Assembly: GCA_937625935.1 (NCBI GenBank)
Contig: OW569386.1
Span: 124,001-188,000, forward strand
Reading direction: 5' to 3'
Length of the DNA stretch: 64,000 bases
Source of the DNA: Tetramitus jugosus
Taxonomy: Eukaryota; Protista; Heterolobosea
Every line of letters begins with the position of its first letter. Position 1 is the stretch's first letter. This document shows positions 11,191-23,514 of this stretch, one piece after another. Both the position numbers and the translations under genes were made by a program. The notes under the pieces are model-generated. The model had not been told where the DNA came from, did no database searches, and saw only the letters and a program-made list of their open reading frames with translations.

Positions 11191-12375
11191 ATGAGTTTGA
11201 AACTAGATTTAAGTAAGCTGCGAACACAACCATCGCAGCTACCAGCGTTACCTGAGACAACAAGAGGTTCAACGCGGCGAAGCATCATCGATGACTATAG
11301 CAATAGGAATAGAGACAGTACGAGATTTAACTTGAATAGCCCTCTGTACTCGGACAGATCACTTCACTCTCCTAGGACCACCCGACACCTATCTCTCTCT
11401 GCTAATATTTTGGAAGATAAGACTCACTTGTTGAAATTACAGAGACATCTCTCAACTCCAGCATACTCTGAAAAGGAAAACGATTTGGTGAGTTCTCCGC
11501 GTTTAGCAATATCCAAGTCTCCTAGGCCCAAATCTCCATCGCCTGCAGAAAGAATGAGACGCGACGCTTCTGTGGCACCAGAAACAAGGGTTGATTTCCA
11601 AAGGAGAGCAACAGTGAAAACAGATCGCCACAAGTCTCTTGTTCATCGGCATGCAGCCGAGCTCTATGAAGATGTACGGACCGAATCTCCAAGAAGAGAA
11701 GAAACAGATATGGAAACAGAACGAGCGAAGATGATGACTGTAGCCAATAGAAGAGATCAAATCGCTGCAATCAGAAACTACAATCAGTTCAATGTCCGTT
11801 TTAAACCAGTTCTCTTTGGAAGTGTGCCGAGAGATGTCGCCAAACCGAACCCTATTGAGAAATTGTTTGATGTTTCTTACAAGGATCTCCACATTATTAA
11901 ATTGAAGAGTCCAAGAGATATTTTACCTCCTGAATTTAATTCTAGGGATATGACGTTCTACCGTATAGGAAGACTACCTCCACCAACTCGAGCAGCTTAT
12001 GGTAGTATTCCAAGGCACATTATTAATAGTGATGCATTGAACCAATACGATCATATGAAAGTTAACAAAAAGAAGGCTCAAATGGATCTTCTTAGGCGAA
12101 CAAGAGAGCAAGAGGAACTGGACAAGTTGAGAAGAAATCGAAAGAATGAAATGAGTATGAGTGACATCATGATTCTTAGAACCCAAGGATACTTTTTCAT
12201 GTCAAGCAGTGAAATTGCAGGAGTAGAAAACTACATGTATCAAACAGAGTGTAGATTCTCTCCCAAATGTATTTATGATGGCTTCATCCAAGACAAGAAA
12301 ATTGCTGAGCATTGGCACAAACAAGAAGATTATGAACTGTTGTTTGATAGCGCTAATGTAACAATGAAAGTTTAA
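11191..12375 (+). CDS. Hypothetical basic protein with repeated SPR motifs
   Basis: 394-aa ATG-initiated ORF; no recognised domain. Confidence 0.6.
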   Translation: MSLKLDLSKLRTQPSQLPALPETTRGSTRRSIIDDYSNRNRDSTRFNLNSPLYSDRSLHSPRTTRHLSLSANILEDKTHLLKLQRHLSTPAYSEKENDLVSSPRLAISKSPRPKSPSPAERMRRDASVAPETRVDFQRRATVKTDRHKSLVHRHAAELYEDVRTESPRREETDMETERAKMMTVANRRDQIAAIRNYNQFNVRFKPVLFGSVPRDVAKPNPIEKLFDVSYKDLHIIKLKSPRDILPPEFNSRDMTFYRIGRLPPPTRAAYGSIPRHIINSDALNQYDHMKVNKKKAQMDLLRRTREQEELDKLRRNRKNEMSMSDIMILRTQGYFFMSSSEIAGVENYMYQTECRFSPKCIYDGFIQDKKIAEHWHKQEDYELLFDSANVTMKV

Positions 12376-12548
12376 CTTACTGTTGGTGAATAGGAATCCA
12401 ACAAATACACAGTAGAACTTTGGGTATTCATACCCACTTACCTTACCTTGTTGTATTCTTGGTACTTTCCTAATTTCTATTTTTATCTTGTCCAATCAAA
12501 TATAATCATCTCAAAAAACGATCAAACAAGCAACCAAGATTTTGAGAG

Positions 12549-13958
12549 ATGACATCACTCAAAGAACAATTTGTCTCTCACCACAATGGTACGACAATGA
12601 GCGAGATTGTGATCATGGCAAGTGGTCCTCCCTTGCTCACTGTTCTCAACTTGTTGTTCTCTCAGATCATTGCACTCAAGTTTCCAGTCGAAATTATTAT
12701 TCGTTGTGTTGGCATGGTCATGCTTCAATCAGAGGTGTCGTTCCGCGTCATGAAACCCTTGGTGATTCCTCTGCTCTTGTGTGGTATTCTCCTACTGGGG
12801 AGAAAATGGCGCCAAAATCCACCATCCGTCCTGAACAGCAAAAAGCTATGGTGTATTTCTGAATATAGGAGTGCGATGCTGTGGGGTACTGTCGTTGCAA
12901 TTTTGGCAGTTGATTTTCAAGTGTTTCCCAGAAGGTTTGCCAAAACGGAAATCTCTGGCATGTCATTGATGGATCTAGGTGTAGGGAGCTTTGTGTTCGC
13001 GGCCGGTGTTGTCTCACCAGTCGCTCGCAACGTTCAACAAGAGCGAAATGCTGTGAACACGATCGGAAAGAGCTATCTTTCGAATTTTGATTGGAAGTTG
13101 TTTGTGTTGGGAATGATACGGTTCGTCACTGTGTGGCTCTTCAGCTATCAATCGCACGTGAGTGAATATGGAGTTCATTGGAACTTTTTCCTGACGCTGT
13201 TTCTTCTGCCAATCGTGCCCGATACCTCACTTTTGCATCCACGGTCTCTGCAATCCATTATTTTCTCTCCCTGGTCTCTGCTATTTGTTCACAATTGTGT
13301 CATGTTGTACATGATGGATGGTGTCAATTACACGCTATATGCACCACGTACCAACTTTTTCAATCAGAATCGAGAAGGAATCCTTTCCTTGCTCGGATAC
13401 ATTTGCATTTATAAGTTTGGAGTGAGTACGGGTACTCACATATTTAAAGCAAACGCAGATCGACAAAACAGAAGCACCAAACTTTGGAACTCGTTTACGA
13501 CTTTATTCTTGCTCAGTATCCCAATGTTATCATTCTGCGAATTGGCTAATCGATACATGAATTTCAGTGCGAACGGATCTGAGCCATCGCTCTCGAGCTT
13601 GCTTGTTCCCAGCAGAAGAGTCTGTAACTTTGGATATGTGTTGCTCACAGTAGGCTACAACTTGTTTTTGATATCAATTTATGGATTTATACAGTGCTGT
13701 ATTGATCACACACCAGCCGCAACAACAAGTGGTACCCAACCTGCAGTAACAAGACAAACAGAGCTCACACTGCTCGAGGCAACAGATCGCAATGGTTTCT
13801 TCCTGTTCCTGTTCTCCAATATATGTACGGGACTGGTGAATGTGATCATGGGAGAACGCACTCTCACAAGCTCTCAAGGAACAGGATTTTGCATTGTTTG
13901 TCTGTATACCATCTTTGTAGCGATCGTTCTTTCCAACCTTCCTCGCAAACTCCTGTAA
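12549..13958 (+). CDS. PIGW: GPI inositol acyltransferase PIG-W/GWT1
   Basis: ILAVDFQVFPRRFAKTE, SLMDLGVGSFVF, YQSHVSEYGVHWNFFLTL, QNREGILS, PSRR. Confidence 0.95.
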   Translation: MTSLKEQFVSHHNGTTMSEIVIMASGPPLLTVLNLLFSQIIALKFPVEIIIRCVGMVMLQSEVSFRVMKPLVIPLLLCGILLLGRKWRQNPPSVLNSKKLWCISEYRSAMLWGTVVAILAVDFQVFPRRFAKTEISGMSLMDLGVGSFVFAAGVVSPVARNVQQERNAVNTIGKSYLSNFDWKLFVLGMIRFVTVWLFSYQSHVSEYGVHWNFFLTLFLLPIVPDTSLLHPRSLQSIIFSPWSLLFVHNCVMLYMMDGVNYTLYAPRTNFFNQNREGILSLLGYICIYKFGVSTGTHIFKANADRQNRSTKLWNSFTTLFLLSIPMLSFCELANRYMNFSANGSEPSLSSLLVPSRRVCNFGYVLLTVGYNLFLISIYGFIQCCIDHTPAATTSGTQPAVTRQTELTLLEATDRNGFFLFLFSNICTGLVNVIMGERTLTSSQGTGFCIVCLYTIFVAIVLSNLPRKLL

Positions 13959-14072
13959 AGCTAGCATCGACATTTCTCCTCAACGGCGGAGCAAAACCAA
14001 CCCCTTCGACAAAATACAAAAATTTGTTCAATTTCGAGACTGATACTAGCTGGCTATCTGTTACTGTCACCA

Positions 14073-14145
14073 AGCAATTTGGCGCAGCGGTTAGCGCGAC
14101 GGGCTCATAACCCGTAGGTCCCAGGATCGATACCTGGAATTGCTA
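14073..14145 (+). tRNA. tRNA-iMet(CAT), initiator
   Basis: Acceptor stem AGCAATT/AATTGCT with A1:U72, anticodon arm ACGGG-CTCATAA-CCCGT with three G:C pairs, T-loop ATCGATA (A54), T5 terminator at 14156-14160. Confidence 0.95.
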
Positions 14146-14282
14146 ATGAGTACACTTTTTGCGAGAGACGAAAGAGGTTGTTAGCTGCCTCTCCTTGGCA
14201 AGACGGTCAAGTTGAGACGGACAAAATGTCGGAAATATCTAATTTGAACAAAGAACACACAAAAAACAACAAAACAATCGAG

Positions 14283-15140
14283 ATGATCACAACAAGAGGA
14301 CGTGTGATGCGTCTCCATCACTTGCATGCAAGACAAAGGGTTCTTCCCACGACCACCATCACCAAAAACAACTTTTTCTCTCAACCACTCTTCGGCCAAC
14401 AACAACAACGGCCACCACCATCCATCAACAACACAAACAACAAATACAATAATTCTCTAATGAACAATAGCAACAACAAGAATGAAAATGGTCAAAAACC
14501 ACCAAGTCTCCTAGATCAATACAACATTTTGGAATACGATCCGTACGTACCTACCTCATCATCATTATCATTATCATCATTATCATCATAATCTCACTTA
14601 CAAAAGATGATGATCGACATATTGTCTCACTTTTATGATCAAATTTTTTTTAACACACTGTGTAGTGGAAGAATATCAATTACGGGCTACACGGACAGAA
14701 GTTTCGATATCGGTGCCGTTCGTATCTTTGGTAGTCTCATTGCCACCGAAAGAGACTTTTTTTGTTGGAATGTTCAATCAATGGATCAAATCACGATTGA
14801 AAGCCTGCAGTTTTTTGAATTTTTGAATCCGACTCCACAAATCCTGCTCATTGGCACTGGAAAAACATATCAACGCGTGGATCGAGAAACGAGAGATTAT
14901 TTTCGATCGGTGGGCATTGTGATTGAAGAAATGACAACAAAGAATGCATTGTCAACGTTTAATGTGTTGAATCAGGAGAATAGACATGTAGCTTGTGCAT
15001 TGTTGAGTTTATCGCCTGTTGATGTCACTCAGATTACACCAGAGAATCATCCTGCTCTCTTTTTGGAAATTGAAGAATTGGCAAAGAGTGATCCTCAGTA
15101 TATTAAGCAGGAGAGAAGTCGTCAAGGAAGTTTCACATAA
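14283..15140 (+). CDS. NDUFAF3: Mth938-domain complex I assembly factor NDUFAF3-like; exons 14283-14542 and 14666-15140
   Basis: Arg-rich mitochondrial-type leader; GTACGT...TAG intron 14543-14665 gives in-frame YDPGRISITGY; PQILLIGTG and ALSTFNVLNQENRHVACAL. Confidence 0.85.
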
Positions 15141-15260
15141 AGAACATGGCTTCTCTCAAAAACATTGTTGTTTGCGAATGCGTGTGTTATGTGTGTGTCT
15201 CTTGGTGTTGTGATCACAATTGGATATTTGAATGTTTTGTACATGTGAGACATTGGTTTA

Positions 15261-16343
15261 TTATTTACGTTTCGTGTTGTAGCCTCCACAGTGTGGGCAC
15301 TTGTGTCCTAGAATATGGAATGAGACACTGTTTGCATTCAGACAATCATTGCACAAGATGTTGACCTTCATGTCCTTGTACTCGTCGGGCATTGGTGTGT
15401 TCTGGATCTCTGCATCCAATTGCTCATAATAATTCTTGAGTTCATCTCCCTTGAACATGCTCTTGCTGCACAATGGACAAGAAATTGTGCCCGATTTCAT
15501 CAATTGTTTAAAGCAATGAGAATGCATGGCGTGACCACAATTTGGCAAAATAGAGCTCGGTTTCGTGCTCGTAAACAAAAACTCCAAACAAACTGCACAA
15601 TTCTGATGCAAACTCTTTGCAATGCACATGTGGTCCTTTGGCATACATGCAGAGCACGTATGGCAATGCACATAATCCTCGGCCACACCTCTTCGGCACA
15701 TGCCACAATCATCACAATGAAAAATCTTTGCACTTGGATCATCATTGTAAAACTTGCACTTGAAACAAGCATATTGAGCAAATTCTGTGCCACATGAACC
15801 ACAATTCCTAAAACTGTTCTCCGTTTCAATGCACTGTTCATTCTGACACATCATGCACTGAACATACTGAATGGAAAACCGATCCATTTCTTCTACTTTG
15901 CACCACAGATCACTAGTGCTCTTGTCCTTTGACAGAGCATGTCGCTCCAAATTTTCACACACTTGTTCATTGTGGCACAATCGACACCAGAAATATCGTT
16001 GACAACATGGAGATTTCACTTGACATTTTCTTTGATAGTGCTTGCAGCCCATTTTTGGTGTTTTATCACCTTCATTGTTTGTTGTTGTGGCATCGTCTTC
16101 TTCTTCTTCTTCAGTTTCTGTATCTTCATCATTCAAGTCATCATGTTCATGTTCATAGTCGTCCTCAAGAAAATCATCGTGATCATCATATTCACTATCA
16201 TCATCAGATAAATCACTATCATGATCATTAGGATTGTGAGCTATTGATTGTTGCTGTTCCTGTTGATTGGATTCTTCAGTTGTGTTGGAAATGAAATTTC
16301 CTTGATTGGGATCATCACGGTCTACAGGTAAAGAGTTTTGCAT
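15261..16343 (-). CDS. RCHY1: CHY zinc finger/RING E3 ligase Pirh2-like
   Basis: GCKHYQRKC...CRLCH, RING CAVCLEFLF...CGHAMHSHC...CPLC, C-terminal ILCNDC...KCPHCGGYNT. Confidence 0.93.
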   Translation of the reverse strand: MQNSLPVDRDDPNQGNFISNTTEESNQQEQQQSIAHNPNDHDSDLSDDDSEYDDHDDFLEDDYEHEHDDLNDEDTETEEEEEDDATTTNNEGDKTPKMGCKHYQRKCQVKSPCCQRYFWCRLCHNEQVCENLERHALSKDKSTSDLWCKVEEMDRFSIQYVQCMMCQNEQCIETENSFRNCGSCGTEFAQYACFKCKFYNDDPSAKIFHCDDCGMCRRGVAEDYVHCHTCSACMPKDHMCIAKSLHQNCAVCLEFLFTSTKPSSILPNCGHAMHSHCFKQLMKSGTISCPLCSKSMFKGDELKNYYEQLDAEIQNTPMPDEYKDMKVNILCNDCLNANSVSFHILGHKCPHCGGYNTKRK

Positions 16344-17243
16344 TTTTTGGCGCTGTTTTTCAAATTTTGGGCGCTCAAAAGAATTTTACGGACAGTTATT
16401 GCCATAGCCGAATCGCCCGATGTCCATTACTATATTGTTCGAATTACCATGTACGGAGTGTGCACTAAAACAACGGTCAACCCGACTGCATGCCCCAACC
16501 ACTCAAAAATCACACAGCCCGTGAAAGCCAATCCACAAAACAAAACCACAAAGACAAAGCCATAATCACACGAAACGGTAAGTCACCACACATTCAATTT
16601 TCATATTTGAAGAATTCACACGACCATCCAACTGGAGGTAGGACAACACACAAGAAGAATGATGCTCTTTGAGAGCAATCCAAGTCTTGAACAAGTGAGA
16701 AACCCAAGGTAAAGGAGGCCACTGTACGTACAGCTGAGATGATGAGGCTGTGATGTGCTGATGTACCTGTCGTTTGTTCAATCCAACGATGGTTTATCCG
16801 TGCTTCACAGCTTCTTCATCTCTGCTGCTCCCAGGTACTGAACACAAGGAGAATAAAGGCATGCATGGCGTACACAAAAGCAAAGGATTGCTGTCAATAA
16901 AATATTTGAACTTTCAAGATTCATAAAATTTTTTGCTGAAAGCTCACATTCAGTTACTCAACGAGGAGGCAATAATGGGACCCGAAGCTTGTTGCCATTC
17001 CAAGTAGTGTGAAATTGAGCTTGTTACTCGTCAATCCAATTTTCAGTCATTGAAACGCCGAATTGATTGCATCGGAAAATAAGAGAACAAAAAATCAGGC
17101 ACAAAAAATTCTCATCTTCAAATAAGAATTCCCTCAATCAAGTTGATCAATAGACACATTGAGATTCTCACCACAGTAGTTTCAACAAAGTCGAATCATA
17201 ATCATTTTTGACAATTGAGAGAGCTTCAAATATTTGAGTCAAC

Positions 17244-19968
17244 ATGGCAAGTTTTTTTAATTTTTTTAGTGGAATGAACAATGCCACCGATATTTGGAGT
17301 GGTGCCATTGATATCATTGTGGTGAAACAACCGGACGGAGAGTTAAAGAGTACACCTTTTCATGTTCGCTTTGGTCGTCTCAAAGTAGTGCGTTCTCGTG
17401 AGAAAACCATTCGGTATGTATTATTCACCTGTTCGATTCGATTATTCCGTTGTGTGTATTTCTCCGTTTTTTTTCACCGATGACCGATAATTGGAAGGAG
17501 CTAATACACAATGCATACAATAATACAATGTTCTTAGAATTATGATCAATGGTCAGTTAACAGACTTAAAGATGAAGATTGGAGAGTTGGGTGAGTGCTT
17601 CTTTGTTCATCCAGCTGATGGTCCCATTTCAAAGGATCTCTCTACATCTCCCATACAGTCACCAGTCGATGCGCCTAGTTCTCCACGTGGCGACGAAGAA
17701 GAAGAGTTTGATTTTTCTGATGGTTCTCTTCTCTCTCTCAATGATTCTCTGAACTACGGCGGAGATTTGAGAACGAGTACTCCGCCATCCAAAAGGGCGG
17801 GAGAAAGTGATGCGACAGAGGATGAAACGGAGGGAGAGGATCTCGTGAGTCAGTCAGAAGAAGAAGAAGAAGAAGACGAGTATGAGCATGGTGGAGCTTT
17901 GAACGAAGAGGGTGATCTGTTGTCCTCTGCTTCAAATTCCTCCGCCTCTCACTACAACAATAGACTCAATTTGACTCCGATCAGGACCAATGACCATCAA
18001 AAGCTCTATGCAGCTGCTCAAAGGAATGATGCTGCTGTTCGTAACGCCACGACTACCACAACAGCTGCTGTAGCTGCTGATACGACGACTACCACTGCGA
18101 GTGAGAATGATGATGTGTATGATGATGAAGATGATGAGAGTAAGAGTGATTTGTCATCTGTGGAGGATACAGGACCATTGAAAACACAGTCCAATCAACC
18201 GCCGCCACCACCTCCATCTGGAAAATGGTCTCGTTGGTTTGGTGGATTTGGTGGATGGTCCAAAACGGATGAAAGCTCCACGTTTAACGTGAAACAAAAC
18301 GATTTTATCGAACAAAGGTTTTTGGAGACGTTGCAAAACAAGTACAAGTACGATGCGAAGAATGATGCGTATTCGATTGAAGACAATGAATTGGACGCAA
18401 ATTTGTTAAATGTAGAGAATATTTTATTAGACACAAAAGCACGAACGATTCAAGCATCTCCAAACAAGCTTGGGCAATCAAAGTCTGTTTCTAACAGTCC
18501 TGTACGTGCACCAACTGTTGGTATGCTGTCAAAGCAAATGAAACAGGCAGCTCTATCCGCCCAAAACAATCAAGCGAGCGAAAACAATAATTATACTTCA
18601 AATAATAAGGTAAACGATGTGAATATGAACAAAAAGAGTACAGATGACAGTGACATGACAAATAAGAATAGACAGAGGAAACTAACAATGGATATGGAAG
18701 AGGAGGCTAAGAATGATCGATTGGTAGTTGCACTGCCAGAGAGCTTGCGAACATCGAATTTTAGTGGCAAAGCAACCTCATTGCCTGATTCTTCCTCCTT
18801 TGAAAACTTTTTCGAGAATTTTGGTGATGGCCAAAAGCAGTTCAAAAAGGATATTGATCAGCTGCAGGAGAGGAACAATCAAAAGAGGAAAAACAGCAAT
18901 GCCGCAAGCACCGAAATGATAGCCAATGCAGTTAGAGGAGAAAAAAATGAAATTTTGTCTTCTCCTGTGCCCATGTCTCCTTCAAAGGTGGAAGAGAAGC
19001 TTAAGGACACTGATACAAAGTCTAGCCGATTCTCGTGGAGTAGTTGGCTGTGGTACTCTTCTGATACTGCACAAACAAACTCTGATGTTTCCTCTGCTCA
19101 AGTGCGTGACACTGATGCTTCTCCTACGTCTGCGAGCTCTACCGAACCGCTTGCTCCTACAAGATACCAAAAGAGTTTGAGACCACTTTCATCTGAACTC
19201 AAGTCCTTGAATCTGAAAGACGGAAAGAACACAATTTCATTCCTTGTTACTAGTCGAATTTTGGGAACGCAGGAGATCACTGCCGAGATTTATCTGTGGG
19301 ATCACAAAGATGAGATTGTGGTGAGTGATGTGGACGGAACAATTACTCGAAGTGATGCGTTGGGTCACATTCTGCCAATCTTTGGCAAGGATTGGTCTCA
19401 TATTGGAATCACCGAGTTGTACAAAAATATCGAAAAGAATGGATATAGGCTAATGTATTTAACCAGTCGAAGTATTATTCAAAGTGGAACAACGAAAAGA
19501 TATCTGAAATCTGTGAAACAGAATGGGTTTGATCTCCCAGATGGTCCAATGGTTTGTTCCCCAGGTCGTTTGTTCGAATGTCTAACACGAGAAGTCATTA
19601 TGAGAAAGCCAGAGGAGTTTAAGATTGCAGCGTTGAAGGACATTAAGACTCTATTTGTTGATCCATTGACCAACAAACCGTATGATACGAATGATACAAA
19701 GAATGGACCATTTTATGCTGGTTTTGGTAATAGGATCACTGATTTAATCTCGTATCGAGCTGTTGCTATTCCTGCGCAAATGATCTTCACTGTGGATCAT
19801 ACTGGAAAAATTGTAGTCTTTGGAATTCACCATGCTGGATATGCGAGTGTGCGAGAGCTGGTTGAATACATGTTCCCAGGAACTGCAAAACAAAATGTAG
19901 AATACAATGAATTCAACTACTGGCGGGCCTCCGCTTTCGAGGGAAGCTACGAAGATGATTTGAAGTAA
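17244..19968 (+). CDS. Lipin/Pah1 phosphatidate phosphatase; exons 17244-17413 and 17538-19968
   Basis: N-LIP SGAIDIIVV...STPFHVRFG; intron 17414-17537 (GTATGT...CTAAT...TAG) restores frame; catalytic DVDGT and FYAGFGNR. Confidence 0.95.
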
Positions 19969-20000
19969 ATAATAATATCAGCCAACTAAATAAATAATAT

Positions 20001-23000
20001 CTATTGAACAACAGAGTCATCTAACAACTGTTTTTGTTTTGGTAGTGAACTCTGGCTGGCAGTTGGTTGTGTACTCTCGGCAAGAGCAGGAAACAGAGGG
20101 GGACGAGAAGCCATTTTCTTCTTTTGAAACTTCTTTCCTTTGGTTTTCAAAATTCCCTCAACTTCGTGTGCCGGAAGCAAGTGGTGATGTGGACTAAACT
20201 TTGAGTCATGTACGTCCTCAACAAGAAACGTTGGATAATCGTCATCAATATGATTTCTTCGATCATATCCATCTCTCCATGTGATGCTTGTGGCTCTCAG
20301 TGGAGAGTTTGTGCTGAGTTCCTCAGCATCAGTAAATCTCAAACGCTTGGCTGCCAGGGTATATTCGTCATCGTCCAACTCATCCCTAGCTCTCTTCTTA
20401 TATGGTGTGGAGTCTCTCTGTCTGATGCGATCCTTATCACTCTCGCTCTGTGATATATCACTTGAATATATACGCTTTGTGGCAGATCCAGTCAACCAAG
20501 AACTGATTGGTTCGTTGCGCAAATTAGCAGAATTGGATGGACTAAATAACGAAAAAGGATTAATGTAGGAGAGTATGCTTCTTCTTGGAGTGCTCTCAGG
20601 AGGAGTAAGAGGCATAAAGGACTTCTTGACAGGAGTTACTTGATCTGGAGTGTCGATATCACCTTTTAGTTCCAGAAGCAGTTTATTATCTGCTCTTAGT
20701 CTCTCAATTTCCAACAACTTCTCCTTCTCTTCACTATTTTCTGGACTGTTTGGACTCGTAAGCTCTTGCATTCTCTTCTCAAACTGCTCATCGATCCTTC
20801 TCCTCTTTATTGGAGTTGGAGTAATGGTATCGTCAGATCTCGCACGCTTCTTCATTGGCGTTAGATTGGAGATAGTTGACCACACATAGTTGACACCTTT
20901 TTTGAATTGCGATGAGAATGATTCATAAATCTCTTGCTTGTCCTTAAGAATTAGCTCGTGACGTCTTCTCCTGTCGTCCATGCTACCGCCTGGCATTACA
21001 ACTAATGATTGCCTGAGTTGTCTCTGTAATACCTCAATATTTCTATCAAATATTTCATCCCCATCAATAATGCAATCCCTCCAGCATTTTTGAATTTGAG
21101 AAGAGCAGACTCCATGATTATTATGAAGGGAAGTACTCAACATAGTTCGAATCACTGTTTGCATTAAAGTGATGTCATGCAGTCCGCTAGATGGTGTTAC
21201 TTCTTGGGTTTGTTTTACAACTGCTTGCAGGGAAACAATCGATATACACGGATAATCTACGACGTCGTTTCTATAATTCGTCAGTGCCTGCAATGCGATG
21301 GTGCTGCGCAAGGAGCATGCATGATAGTATTGATTTCTTTTTTGTAGAATTACTAATTGCAGAGGGGTAACTTCGTCGCAAGGAGCCTTACGTAGTCTCA
21401 TAGTTGATTGGAGACTTAGAACTGATGAAATAGTTTCAAAAAGGTTAAGTTCTCCATATTGCTGATGACGTTGACGGATGCATGATTGAATATTTCTTAC
21501 TCCTGAGGACAATGCTTTAAAGTGGCAATATGAAGAAACCAATGATTGTTTGATTGCAGCTTGGATCATTGGGAGGCTATGAGTGTTAGATAGTGGGACA
21601 TGAGTATATCGTTGTTTAACCAATGACTGCAGAGAAACAACAATCTTTGAGAGGTCCATAATTGGCACTAGGGTTTGACTGATATTTGATTGCAGAATCA
21701 TGAGCTTATCTACTTCTGGCGATCGTATATTTGCAATCCTTTGTCTGATAACTGATTGCAAAGAAACAAACATCGTTGATATGTTAGAAACTCCAACAGT
21801 GACAATTCCAGACAATAGAGAGTGTCTGATAGCTGCTTGCATTTGGGAGAGAGAGTGAGATGGTGAATCGCATGTATTGCTCAGACGTACAACAGCTTGC
21901 AGTGGAGTAACATTGCTTGAGCTATTGAAATCAGAGAATAGGTGATACCTTGCGACTGCTTGTAGCTTACATAGGTATTGAGAGTTGCTTAATTTCTCGG
22001 CACTGTGCTTTTGTTTTACAGTCGCTTGCAGAGAGGTAACAGTCGCTGATGAATTCAATGCCTCAATAGCGCAAACTGTAGCATGCTTAATGCATGCTTG
22101 TATCGGATAGATACTGGACGAGCCACACAAAGGATCATATCTGTGTCTCCGTTGAATAATTGATTGTAGGGGAGTGATGTTGATTGAGTTGCTCGTCATG
22201 TTGAAAAACTCATTACATGTTAGCATTGACGACTGGATGCTCATTACACAAGATGCATCAATGTCACATTTCCGTTGCTGGTTTTCGAGAGTGGATAGTA
22301 TCACAGCGTGAACCGGCTTGATAGTGTCCCAATCGATATCTTCCTTCTCTTCCAATGACACATGTTCGGTCGTTTGAGATTCAGATGGTTCGAAAGGAGT
22401 TTCAGAATGATCTGTGAGTGCTTCCTCAGACAAATTTAACTTTCCTCCTCTTCTTTTACGTTTGGTCGGCCTAGATGCTGCTCTTGATACCAAGGGCGTA
22501 CTTCCAACCATCATTCTCCTTGGGGTAGCACATAGCAATTGCTGATTCTGAGAGACTTCTTCCTCATTAGCCTCCAGATTCACCCCTTGATCGCCAGAAT
22601 TGTCTTCTTGTGGATCCTTATCCTCGTGTTTGTCACCTAGTGGATTATCCACGTCCCCATTTTCTGTCACTGCATCCATTGTGTCATCAAACTTTAAAGG
22701 AGTGGCATATGTGATCCGTGTTCTTCTCGTTCTTTTCGAAACAGGTTTCTTCTCTGTTTCTTCATTGTTTTCACCCTGTTCATCCTCTTCATCTTCATTA
22801 TCATCTGATCTCTTCCGTTTTTGAGGTGTTGGCTCATATGTAATGACTGGCTTTGCTTTTCTGGTTGATCGCCGAACAGACGATGGAGGTACAACTGGTT
22901 CATTCACATAGTTCTCTTCATTATCGTCATTGACCAATTGAACCGCTTCAGAAACATTCTTTCTTCGTCGTCTTCTGCTTGGTGTAGCAAGAACTGTTTC

Positions 23001-23123
23001 TGTTGCTCTTTCCTCCACTATTGACTTTGTGCCAGTACTGGAAGATGAAGAGCTCTCATTGTCTGACTCTCCAGTAGAAGCTTGCTTTTTAGCTCTGGTG
23101 GTTCTTCTGCCTCTGGTAACCAT
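20001..23123 (-). CDS. Hypothetical protein with about 18 degenerate IQ-like repeats and TP/SP-rich basic termini
   Basis: 1040-aa ORF; recurring [LIM]Q[SA]xx[RK] motifs. Confidence 0.65.
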   Translation of the reverse strand: MVTRGRRTTRAKKQASTGESDNESSSSSSTGTKSIVEERATETVLATPSRRRRRKNVSEAVQLVNDDNEENYVNEPVVPPSSVRRSTRKAKPVITYEPTPQKRKRSDDNEDEEDEQGENNEETEKKPVSKRTRRTRITYATPLKFDDTMDAVTENGDVDNPLGDKHEDKDPQEDNSGDQGVNLEANEEEVSQNQQLLCATPRRMMVGSTPLVSRAASRPTKRKRRGGKLNLSEEALTDHSETPFEPSESQTTEHVSLEEKEDIDWDTIKPVHAVILSTLENQQRKCDIDASCVMSIQSSMLTCNEFFNMTSNSINITPLQSIIQRRHRYDPLCGSSSIYPIQACIKHATVCAIEALNSSATVTSLQATVKQKHSAEKLSNSQYLCKLQAVARYHLFSDFNSSSNVTPLQAVVRLSNTCDSPSHSLSQMQAAIRHSLLSGIVTVGVSNISTMFVSLQSVIRQRIANIRSPEVDKLMILQSNISQTLVPIMDLSKIVVSLQSLVKQRYTHVPLSNTHSLPMIQAAIKQSLVSSYCHFKALSSGVRNIQSCIRQRHQQYGELNLFETISSVLSLQSTMRLRKAPCDEVTPLQLVILQKRNQYYHACSLRSTIALQALTNYRNDVVDYPCISIVSLQAVVKQTQEVTPSSGLHDITLMQTVIRTMLSTSLHNNHGVCSSQIQKCWRDCIIDGDEIFDRNIEVLQRQLRQSLVVMPGGSMDDRRRRHELILKDKQEIYESFSSQFKKGVNYVWSTISNLTPMKKRARSDDTITPTPIKRRRIDEQFEKRMQELTSPNSPENSEEKEKLLEIERLRADNKLLLELKGDIDTPDQVTPVKKSFMPLTPPESTPRRSILSYINPFSLFSPSNSANLRNEPISSWLTGSATKRIYSSDISQSESDKDRIRQRDSTPYKKRARDELDDDEYTLAAKRLRFTDAEELSTNSPLRATSITWRDGYDRRNHIDDDYPTFLVEDVHDSKFSPHHHLLPAHEVEGILKTKGKKFQKKKMASRPPLFPALAESTQPTASQSSLPKQKQLLDDSVVQ

Positions 23124-23514
23124 TTTCTTCCTAATTTTTTTGAATTTTTTGTGTTTTACTGGACTTTTTTGGCGGGTTCCTTCATTGAAAGTTCATGAAA
23201 ATATTTGGTGGAGTGAGTTTGGTTGGAATCACAGTTACTGAGTTTCCGATTCTATTTTCTTCTCTGGTAAGCATAGTGACAGATCTATGACATCATTCCT
23301 GCCATATTGATTGGGGTTTTCTTTCAGTTGAATTTGAGGCTGACCAAATTCGAGGCTGTCCGGAGGATATTTCGGCATCAAGGTGCTTCGCGCTAACGAC
23401 ATCTGGAGTCGCGATATTTCCCTTCTTCTTTTTTGAGTCTGTCACACACTGGTCAGATTCAGCAACAACAACAACCATAACACACACAGCAGCCCAACAA
23501 TCTCACCTTACATC

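Noticed and set aside
13959-14072. Retroelement upstream of tRNA-iMet
   Set aside because: Only 114 bp to the PIGW stop and no element sequence; the site is unoccupied.
16560-17000. Possible C/D snoRNAs or small gene in the long RCHY1-lipin spacer
   Set aside because: TGATG and CTGA words occur, but no terminal stem, rRNA-complementary guide or convincing ORF was seen.
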